A stretch of 64,000 bases of DNA from an uncultured Bdellovibrionales bacterium. Its GTDB lineage: Bacteria > Patescibacteriota > Minisyncoccia > Moranbacterales > DUUL01. Both the position numbers and the translations under genes were made by a program. The notes under the pieces were generated by a model. It made no database searches. It was not told the origin of the DNA and worked only from the letters and a program-made list of their open reading frames with translations. Shown piece by piece: positions 1-6,643 of the stretch (position 1 is its first letter; each line of letters begins with the position of its first letter). The stretch spans positions 10,541 through 74,540 of the forward strand of contig CAZKWX010000002.1 in NCBI GenBank assembly GCA_964556685.1, written 5' to 3'.

Positions 1-170
1 TAGTAGTAAAAGCGAATAAGAAACCTAAATTTTCAACTCGAAAAATAAATCGGTGTTGGAAATGTGGAAGAAAGCGTGGTTACATGCGAGAGTTTGATTT
101 GTGCCGAATTTGTTTTCGAGAACTGGCGACGAAAGGAAAAATCCCTGGAGTGCGTCGGTCAAGTTGGTAG
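1..170 (+). CDS. rpsZ: ribosomal protein S14 type Z, 5'-truncated by window edge
   Basis: Frame 3 reads ...[54 protein letters not shown]. The CxxC...CxxC zinc ribbon and the C-terminal ...SSW are typical of S14 type Z. Stop TAG at 168-170. Confidence 0.75.
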   Translation, partial: VVKANKKPKFSTRKINRCWKCGRKRGYMREFDLCRICFRELATKGKIPGVRRSSW

Positions 171-175
171 TTTAG

Positions 176-276
176 TAGAATTATGAATTAAGAATTATGA
201 ATTAAGAATGGGAATGCGGAATACAGAATCTGGAAATAAATTCCAAATTCAAAATTCCAAATTCGCAATTCAGTAA
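176..276. repeat. AT-rich imperfect palindromic intercistronic repeat, copy A (S14-L6 spacer)
   Basis: A 31-bp block gaattaagaattatgaattaagaatgggaat is identical to the block at 847-877. It is followed by aattccaaattc-type repeats that are roughly the reverse complement of the first half. Confidence 0.7.
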
Positions 277-280
277 AAAT

Positions 281-826
281 ATGTCTCGTATTGGAAAACA
301 ACCTATTGAAATCCCAGACGGAGTGACGGTCAAGCTAGACGGTCAGGATTTGGAAGTGAAAGGACCAAAGGGAAGTTTGAAAATGGAAGTGAGCTTTGAA
401 GTGGAAGTGAAAGTGGGTGAAAAAGAAATCGAAGTGAGCAAAGTCGGCAAGACCAAAAATGCGCCGGCCCTTTGGGGAACCACTCGAGCGCTGATTCAAA
501 ATATGATTGTTGGTGTGACTGATGGTTTTGAAAAAGAACTTGAATTGCACGGAGTGGGCTACAAAATGGCAGTGCAAGGAAAAAAGTTGGCACTCAATTT
601 AGGATTTTCTCATCCAATTGATTTGGACATTCCTGAAGGGCTGGAAGTCAAAATTGAGAAAGAAAAGTTGACTGCTTCTGGAATTGACAAGCAGGCGGTG
701 GGAGAGTTCGCTGCCAAGATCAGAGTTTTGCGACCAGTGGAACCATATAAAGGAAAAGGATTTCGATATGTAGGTGAATATTTTGTTAAGAAAGAAGGAA
801 AACGGGCGGTTGGAGAAGAAGCGTAA
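281..826 (+). CDS. rplF: 50S ribosomal protein L6
   Basis: MSRIGKQPIEIPDGVTVKLDGQDLEVKGPKGSL... is a typical L6 N-terminus. The gene sits in a spc-operon context. Confidence 0.95.
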   Translation: MSRIGKQPIEIPDGVTVKLDGQDLEVKGPKGSLKMEVSFEVEVKVGEKEIEVSKVGKTKNAPALWGTTRALIQNMIVGVTDGFEKELELHGVGYKMAVQGKKLALNLGFSHPIDLDIPEGLEVKIEKEKLTASGIDKQAVGEFAAKIRVLRPVEPYKGKGFRYVGEYFVKKEGKRAVGEEA

Positions 827-829
827 TCA

Positions 830-931
830 AGAGGAATTAGGAATTAAGAATTATGAATTAAGAATGGGAATCTGGAAGAATGAATGAGGAATCTAATTCC
901 AACTTCAAAACTCCAAATTCCAAATTCAATA
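830..931. repeat. AT-rich imperfect palindromic intercistronic repeat, copy B (L6-L18 spacer)
   Basis: Shares the 31-bp block and the aattccaaattc motifs with 176-276. Confidence 0.7.
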
Positions 932-934
932 CCG

Positions 935-1285
935 ATGACGAAAGAGAGTAGAAACAAATTGAGACTGCATCGCAAAAGGCGAGTACGGGCAAAAGTCAGA
1001 GGAACGGCAAAAAAGCCGCGGCTTTGTGTTTTCAAAAGCTCACGATCAGTTTATGCTCAAGTGATTGATGATGAAAAAGGGAAAACGATAGTTGCGGCAG
1101 ATTCGAGAAAAGTTAAAGATGTCAAAGATGGTGTTGATGCAGCGAAGAAAACTGGTGAATTGGTTGCCAAAGAAGCGAGAAAGAAGAAGATCAAAAACAT
1201 GGTTTTTGATCGAGGAGGATATAAGTATCATGGAAAAGTGAAGGCTTTGGCAGAAGGAGCCAGAGAAGGAGGACTCGAATTCTAA
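935..1285 (+). CDS. rplR: 50S ribosomal protein L18
   Basis: MTKESRNKLRLHRKRRVRAKVRGTAKKPRLCVFKSSRSVYAQVIDDEKGKTIVAADS... is an L18 signature. The ATG at 935 is chosen over the ORF-track start at 884, which lies inside the repeat spacer. Confidence 0.9.
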   Translation: MTKESRNKLRLHRKRRVRAKVRGTAKKPRLCVFKSSRSVYAQVIDDEKGKTIVAADSRKVKDVKDGVDAAKKTGELVAKEARKKKIKNMVFDRGGYKYHGKVKALAEGAREGGLEF

Positions 1286-1336
1286 TTATCAATTATCAAT
1301 TTCCAATTATCAATTTGGAATAATGCACACAATACA

Positions 1337-1942
1337 ATGGTTAAGCAGGAAAAAAACAAGAATTTTAAAGGTCGGAGATTCAGGAGAAGGGAAAAGCCTG
1401 AATATGAACAGAAAATGATTGATTTGGCTCGAGTAACTCGAGTGGTTAAGGGTGGGCGAAGATTTTCTTTTCGAGCAGCTGTGGTGATTGGGAACCGGAA
1501 AGGGAAGGTCGGCTTCGGAGTTTCAAAGGGAGCTGATGTTTCTGTGGCCATTGGAAAAGCCTTTGCTAATGCCAAGAAAAATATCATTATGGTCAAAAGA
1601 GCTAATACCACAGTGGCCTATGAAGTGCGTCAGAAATATGGAGCAGCTAGAGTGATGATCAAACCGGCCAAAGAAGGACGAGGAATCGTGGCCGGCGGAG
1701 CCATGCGAGCAGTGGTTGAATTGGCTGGGATCAAGGACATTGTGGCTAAATCATTTGGAACGGCAAACAAGATCAACGTAGCTCGGGCAACGATTGCGGC
1801 ACTCAATGAATTCAATGAGCCGACAACTAAACAAGGGAAAGCGAAGGAAAATAATAATGGAGACAAAGCTGAGAAAACTACGAATAAAGAAACCGTAAAA
1901 AATAAGAAAGCAAGCAATAAAAAGAAAAGCGGTAACAAATAA
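1337..1942 (+). CDS. rpsE: 30S ribosomal protein S5 with Lys-rich C-terminal extension
   Basis: ...RVTRVVKGGRRFSFRAAVVIGNRKGKVGFGVSKGADVSVAIGKAF... is the S5 core. About 40 extra K/N-rich residues lie at the C-terminus. Confidence 0.93.
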   Translation: MVKQEKNKNFKGRRFRRREKPEYEQKMIDLARVTRVVKGGRRFSFRAAVVIGNRKGKVGFGVSKGADVSVAIGKAFANAKKNIIMVKRANTTVAYEVRQKYGAARVMIKPAKEGRGIVAGGAMRAVVELAGIKDIVAKSFGTANKINVARATIAALNEFNEPTTKQGKAKENNNGDKAEKTTNKETVKNKKASNKKKSGNK

Positions 1943-2039
1943 GTCGAAATTATATTATTATTGAAATTAATTTATCTCTACGAAATACGGATGTTTTACG
2001 AATATACGAATAGTTAAAAATTCTAAACCCTAATATCTA

Positions 2040-2160
2040 AATCCTAGACAAATCCAAATTTTCTAAACTCTAAATCTAAAATATTTTGAATTTTGAGCAT
2101 TGAGATTTTGAGATTATTTAGAAATTAGGGATTAGAATTTAGGATTTCTATTAATACATT
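2040..2160. repeat. long imperfect palindrome in the S5-L15 spacer, where rpmD/L30 would normally sit
   Basis: ctaaaccctaatatctaaatcctagacaaatcc ... ggatttctattaat/ttagggattagaatttaggatttc arms are approximate reverse complements around a centre near 2095. Confidence 0.6.
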
Positions 2161-2187
2161 GGTATTCAACGAATAATTAACAAACAA

Positions 2188-2613
2188 ATGCAGATTCATA
2201 GTTTAAAATCCAGAAAACTTAAGTCCAAGAAGAGGGTTGGCCGAGGTGGCAAGAGAGGCACCTATAGTGGCAAGGGAATGAAAGGACAAAAATCTCGCAG
2301 TGGCTATTCCAAGCGAGCGACTTTTGAAGGTGGCCGAACAACTTTGGTGGCGCAAACCAAAAAGGCTCGAGGGTTCACTTCAAAAAAAGATCAGGTTCAG
2401 GTGGTAAATTTGGAAGAAATCCAAAAAAAATATAAGAGTGGGGAAGAGGTTTCGCCCAAGACCTTGGGGGAAAAGAATATCGTCAAGAAAAGTCATCTTC
2501 CGATAAAGATTTTGTCGGTTGGAAAATTGGCAAAAAAGGTTATACTTAAAGACGTGGCCTATTCGAAAGAGGCGAAGAAGAAGGTGGAGAAGGCGGGAGG
2601 AGAAGTTCGCTAA
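2188..2613 (+). CDS. rplO: 50S ribosomal protein L15
   Basis: MQIHSLKSRKLKSKKRVGRGGKRGTYSGKGMKGQKSRSG... is an L15 signature. Confidence 0.93.
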   Translation: MQIHSLKSRKLKSKKRVGRGGKRGTYSGKGMKGQKSRSGYSKRATFEGGRTTLVAQTKKARGFTSKKDQVQVVNLEEIQKKYKSGEEVSPKTLGEKNIVKKSHLPIKILSVGKLAKKVILKDVAYSKEAKKKVEKAGGEVR

Positions 2614-2707
2614 CGCGACAGTATCAGGTATTGTGTATCATGTATTAGGTATAAATTTCCGAATACCTAATGCTGGATACTTGATACATAATACGTATTC
2701 GTACTCT

Positions 2708-3212
2708 AAAATTTAGCAAGTGAGATTTGGGAGAATATAAAAAATATCAATCAATCACTAAGAGGAGGTTTCTCATGGCAGATGAAACACATTCGCTTCA
2801 AGTAATGATCTATGGAGGTGCGCTTGATGGATTTTTTTCCTTGATTGCGAAAACAATGAAAACTCTTGATGATCCACGAGAAAAACACCACAATGATTCT
2901 TTGGGATATATTTCTTCACGAATTGCACAATTTTTGAAAGAAAAATTCGAAAGAGCTCTCATTGAGAACGGTTATTTTGAAAATGAAGTTTCCGGAAAGA
3001 TTGATGAAGTAATGGATTTTTTCAGGAGAATCGAGAATGTGGAAAAGTAACAAAAAAGGAAATTTGAAAGAAGTGAGCAGGTCTCGATGAACGCATCTGA
3101 AAACCTGCTCCCTAAATCTCACTGGCTAAATTGCATGTCATCCTCGCGAATGCGGGGATCCATTAGGTCAGGGAGTATCGAACAAATAGATTCCCGCCTT
3201 CGCGGGAATGAC
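2708..3212 (+). other. repeat-bounded cassette 1: IR-L (2708-2732), small ORF, IR-R (3110-3132), conserved hairpin H1 (3137-3212)
   Basis: aaaatttagcaagtgagatttggga at 2708 is inverted relative to ccctaaatctcactggctaaatt at 3110. H1 arms are gtcatcctcgcgaatgcgggga and ttcccgccttcgcgggaatgac. The whole architecture repeats at 3230-4075. Confidence 0.6.
2775..3050 (+). CDS. hypothetical small protein (91 aa) inside cassette 1
   Basis: AGGAGG Shine-Dalgarno at 2762-2767, 7 nt upstream of ATG 2775. No recognisable family. The longer ORF-track start at 2727 lacks an RBS. Confidence 0.5.
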   Translation: MADETHSLQVMIYGGALDGFFSLIAKTMKTLDDPREKHHNDSLGYISSRIAQFLKEKFERALIENGYFENEVSGKIDEVMDFFRRIENVEK

Positions 3213-3283
3213 AAATGTAATGTTCATTTAAAATTTAGCAAGTGAGATTTGGGAATCTTTGAAAATGGGAAAGGAGTACAAAA

Positions 3284-3574
3284 ATGAAAGAAATTATAGA
3301 ACTTTTATTAAAATGTATGGCTGTTATAGAGTTGTTTTCAACGACCAGATCGATACTTCAAGACAGTCAGAGCAGTCAAATGTTGGATTTTTTCCAGGAA
3401 GACTTGGACCGACTGAACTGGTTGTTCATAGATTTAAGATTGGACTCAGATACCAAACAGACAGAAATTGAAAGATTTAAAAGAACATTAGGAAATGACG
3501 TGGAAGAGCTTGTAAAAATTGTAAACTTCTTAAAGACAGATGGAACTAGGAGACTAATAATTTCCTTGAACTAA
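3284..3574 (+). CDS. hypothetical small helical protein (96 aa), paralog of 3614..3916
   Basis: AAAGGAG RBS 7 nt upstream. The N-terminus EIIELLLKCMAVIELFS resembles EVEILMKCAVAILISYC of the next ORF. Confidence 0.5.
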   Translation: MKEIIELLLKCMAVIELFSTTRSILQDSQSSQMLDFFQEDLDRLNWLFIDLRLDSDTKQTEIERFKRTLGNDVEELVKIVNFLKTDGTRRLIISLN

Positions 3575-3613
3575 GCCAATAGAGGAATTACAGGTTATAG
3601 AGAGGTGTTAGTT

Positions 3614-3916
3614 ATGACAAAAGAGGTTGAAATTCTAATGAAGTGCGCTGTGGCTATTCTAATAAGCTATTGTGGCATAGCTGATTTAAACCTAACAACG
3701 ATAGAGTATTATCAAGCAGTGAATGATATTCTTAAGAAAATTGATTCTGCGTTGATTCGACTCGGTACATCTCTAGATGATGAATTACCGAAAGTAAGAG
3801 AAATAAGTGTTGAAGAATTCTTAAGTGTTGAAGAATATTGTAGATATATAGACGTATTGAATGATCCAGCAATGTTTGAAAAATTCATATCGGTTGTCGC
3901 TGGACCAGTAAATTAA
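3614..3916 (+). CDS. hypothetical small helical protein (100 aa), paralog of 3284..3574
   Basis: AGAGAGG RBS followed by ATG 3614. The ORF track used GTG 3605, which is too close to the RBS. Confidence 0.5.
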   Translation: MTKEVEILMKCAVAILISYCGIADLNLTTIEYYQAVNDILKKIDSALIRLGTSLDDELPKVREISVEEFLSVEEYCRYIDVLNDPAMFEKFISVVAGPVN

Positions 3917-4124
3917 TTTGGGGGATGAAAGGAAATAAAATTTCTAGTCCTCCCCAAATCTCACTGGCTAAATTAAATGTCATTCTTGTGTCGCATCGAG
4001 TGCGGCATAAACTACAGCGGGGATCCATTGGGCTGAGGCATCAAGCTAATAGATTCCCGCCTGCGCGGGAATGACAAACAGGGAAATACAAAATATAAAA
4101 TACTAGCTACTAGCTACTAATCTC

Positions 4125-5396
4125 GTGTGGGATAAATTAACTCAAATATTCAAAGTCAAAGACCTGCGGAACAAGATTTTCTTCATTTTGGGAATCTTGA
4201 TTATTTTTCGTTTGGCGGCTAACATTCCCATTCCTGGAGTAGATGCTTCACAGCTAAAGTCCTTTTTTGAAAACAATCAACTGTTTGGTTTCTTGGATCT
4301 TTTTTCTGGGGGTGGTTTGAAAAATATCTCTATTGTGATGTTGGGAGTGGGACCATATATTACTTCTTCGATCATCATGCAATTGATGACGATGATCTCA
4401 CCTCGCATGGAGCAGCTCTATAAGGAAGAAGGAGAAGCAGGACGACAGAAATTTAACATGTGGACACGGTATCTAACTGTGCCACTGGCCATGATGCAAA
4501 CCTTTGCCATGATCACGCTCTTCAAAAATTCAGGACTTTTGGGAAGTTTGGTGACGTTTGATTATGTGGTCATCATCGGTACAGCTACTGCTGGAACGAT
4601 TTTCCTCATGTGGCTGGGTGAATTGATCACCGAAAAAGGAATCGGCAACGGAGTTTCACTGATCATTTTTGCCGGAATTGTGGCAGCGTTGCCGAGCACA
4701 GTCCAACAGCTGATTGCCACCTGGGATTCATCTCAATTGCTGACCTATCTGGCTTTTGCTGCGCTGGGTTTAATCACAGTTGCGGGAATTGTGGTGGTCA
4801 ACGAAGGACAGAGAAATATCCCCATTTCGTTTGCACGAAGAATTAGAGGAGGGAAGACCAGCGGGGGAAGCAGCTCTCATCTGCCACTGCGGGTGAACCA
4901 AGCCGGAGTGATTCCCATCATCTTTGCCATGTCAATCATGCTTTTCCCAGGAGTGATCGCCAATTTCTTTGCTGGCTCTTCCAACGAAGTAATTGCCGGT
5001 GCCGCTGGTTGGGTAGCTGATGTTTTTGCCAATCAATTATTCTATGGATTGATCTATTTCTTCTTGGTTGTAGCTTTCACCTATTTCTACACCGCGGTGA
5101 CCTTTGATCCCAAAAGTGTGTCAGAAAATCTTCAACGTCAGGGAGGATTCGTCCCTGGCATTCGTCCAGGCATGCCGACCATGGAATACTTGAATTATAT
5201 TGTAAATCGGATTACACTGTCTGGCGCGCTATTTTTGGGTTTGGTAGCCGTTTTGCCTTTTATTGTTCAAGGATTCACTGGAGTGCGAGCGCTCACCATT
5301 GGGGGAACAGGAATTTTGATTGTGGTTTCGGTGGTGATTGAAACGATGAAACAAATCGAAGCACAGTTGGTGATGAGGGATTACGAGGGCTTTTAG
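4125..5396 (+). CDS. secY: preprotein translocase subunit SecY (GTG start)
   Basis: Multi-pass membrane protein with ...GGGLKNISIVMLGVGPYITSSIIMQLMT... SecY motifs. Position after L15 matches the conserved spc order. Confidence 0.95.
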   Translation: MWDKLTQIFKVKDLRNKIFFILGILIIFRLAANIPIPGVDASQLKSFFENNQLFGFLDLFSGGGLKNISIVMLGVGPYITSSIIMQLMTMISPRMEQLYKEEGEAGRQKFNMWTRYLTVPLAMMQTFAMITLFKNSGLLGSLVTFDYVVIIGTATAGTIFLMWLGELITEKGIGNGVSLIIFAGIVAALPSTVQQLIATWDSSQLLTYLAFAALGLITVAGIVVVNEGQRNIPISFARRIRGGKTSGGSSSHLPLRVNQAGVIPIIFAMSIMLFPGVIANFFAGSSNEVIAGAAGWVADVFANQLFYGLIYFFLVVAFTYFYTAVTFDPKSVSENLQRQGGFVPGIRPGMPTMEYLNYIVNRITLSGALFLGLVAVLPFIVQGFTGVRALTIGGTGILIVVSVVIETMKQIEAQLVMRDYEGF

Positions 5397-5551
5397 CCCA
5401 ATTAGTAATTACTAATTATGAATTACTAATTAAATAAGCGAGCGTTGTCCGCCTTCGCTCCGATTGCTCGGAGCTGCGAAGGACAGGTGCCGTGGTTATT
5501 ACCTCAGTCCCGCGGAGCGGGATTTCGTTACGCTCAACCTTCAAAACATAC

Positions 5552-5622
5552 GCGGGATTCGTATAGTGGTAGTACATCAGCCTTCCAAGCTGACGGCGCC
5601 AGTTCGATTCTGGTATCCCGCT
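5552..5622 (+). tRNA. tRNA-Gly (anticodon UCC)
   Basis: Cloverleaf read by hand. The acceptor stem is gcgggat/atcccgc. The T-arm is ccag-ttcgatt-ctgg. The anticodon stem is tcagc/gctga with loop cTTCCaa, giving anticodon UCC. The discriminator is T and CCA is not encoded. Confidence 0.8.
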
Positions 5623-5670
5623 CAGGATTAAGAAGTAATAAATTACTTTTTAATTACTTCTTGTAAAAAC

Positions 5671-5847
5671 ATGGGCAGAAGAAAAATCGAAGAAAAAAAC
5701 ATAAGAAAATTGTCTCAGGTTGGTGAGGGAAGCTTAGCGATTACAATTCCGATTGAATTGATCCGAAAGCTTGGTTGGAGGCGGAAACAAAAGGTGGTTG
5801 TTTCAGAAAAAGGAGGGAAGATTATTATTGAGGACTGGAAGGGGTAG
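5671..5847 (+). CDS. AbrB/MazE/SpoVT-family DNA-binding protein (58 aa), antitoxin-like
   Basis: MGRRKIEEKNIRKLSQVGEGSLAITIPIELIRKLGWRRKQKVVVSEKGGKIIIEDWKG matches the swapped-hairpin AbrB fold pattern. It is below the ORF-track size cutoff. Confidence 0.55.
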   Translation: MGRRKIEEKNIRKLSQVGEGSLAITIPIELIRKLGWRRKQKVVVSEKGGKIIIEDWKG

Positions 5848-5984
5848 AAGTTATCAATGGTCAGTGATCAATGATCAATTATTTTTCAATGACCAGTGAT
5901 CAATTGACTGCTGATTCAAACTGGAAAACTTTTTATGGAGAATCATTTCTGGGAGATGGGCTTAAATCTTATTTAACAGGGTAA

Positions 5985-6248
5985 ATGGATCTATTAATCA
6001 AAATCGAACATCCCAATATCACTTTAGAACTGAACGAAAAAAAAGAAAACATTGACAGGGAAGAGTGGACTGATGAAAATGACATGTCGACAAAGCTCTT
6101 AGCAGCTATTGACAAACTTTGCTCACGGAATAAAATAGAGATACAACAAATTGATAAAGTGAAAGTTGAATCTGATCATGAATCTTTCACATCAACAAGA
6201 ATAGCCAAAGCCGTTTCAAAGACGGTCGGTTGTTGTCTAGATGCTTGA
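5985..6248 (+). CDS. hypothetical protein (87 aa)
   Basis: Open frame only. No motif recognised. Confidence 0.35.
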   Translation: MDLLIKIEHPNITLELNEKKENIDREEWTDENDMSTKLLAAIDKLCSRNKIEIQQIDKVKVESDHESFTSTRIAKAVSKTVGCCLDA

Positions 6249-6278
6249 CATTTTTTTTGATTTGTGTACAATAAACAA
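6245..6278 (+). promoter_or_regulatory. candidate sigma70-like promoter (TTGACA, 16 nt spacer, TACAAT)
   Basis: ttgacattttttttgatttgtgtacaat. It overlaps the stop of the upstream ORF, about 370 nt upstream of rpoB. Confidence 0.3.
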
Positions 6279-6502
6279 CGTTTGATACTGAATTCTTCAA
6301 GATATATACAACTTAGAAGGGGTGCAAAAAAAGGCCAATATTACTTGGTCTCAAATTAATTCGCTATTATTTTTCTTCTCCACATTTCAATGCCAGAGAG
6401 AAGTCAAGAGTAACAAAAAAATATTTTTTGGATCAGCTTCGCTGGTTGTTTTTTGTTTTTTTAGAAGGGAATGAAGTCGCTAAAAAGCGAGGTCTGATAA
6501 TT

Positions 6503-6596
6503 GACGAAAGTAACGCTATTTTTTACGCATAAGTTTGCCTCTGGATAGATTTTTGAAGGTGCAAACTTGGCGAAAAAATAGCATTGCTCCTGTCTC
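6503..6596 (+). promoter_or_regulatory. conserved structured leader element, copy 1 (upstream of rpoB)
   Basis: The core attttttacgcataagtttgcctctggatagatttttgaaggtgcaaacttggcgaaaaaata is near-identical to 10125-10189. It contains the hairpin acgcataagtttgc ... gcaaacttggcg. Confidence 0.65.
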
Positions 6597-6643
6597 GCTT
6601 GCAACGACCGATAAAAAAGCAACGTCTAAAACATACAATTTTC

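Larger units (their letters stand above)
3230..4075 (+). other. repeat-bounded cassette 2: IR-L (3230-3254), two paralogous small ORFs, IR-R (3953-3975), hairpin H2 (3979-4075)
   Basis: Same IR-L and IR-R sequences as cassette 1. H2 shares the right half ggggatccatt.gg..ag....aatagattcccgcc.gcgcgggaatgacaaa with H1 and has about 30 extra nt in its left arm. Confidence 0.6.

Noticed and set aside
2519-2716. 65-aa ORF overlapping the rplO 3' end
   Set aside because: It is an alternate frame of the L15 Lys-rich tail that runs into the AT-rich spacer. It has no RBS.
3137-4075. Integron attC sites or Xer/dif sites for the cassette hairpins
   Set aside because: No GTTRRRY/RYYYAAC R-boxes or dif-like 11-6-11 core are visible, and no integrase is nearby. 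Kept as an analogy only.
5445-5666. ORF-track 73-aa ORF
   Set aside because: It overlaps the tRNA-Gly gene and the GC-rich hairpin segment. Its composition is that of structured RNA, not protein.
5859-5920. CRISPR-like direct repeats (cagtgatcaatgatcaatt / cagtgatcaattgact)
   Set aside because: There are only two short imperfect copies, and no spacer-repeat periodicity or cas genes. They belong to the atcaat simple-repeat family.
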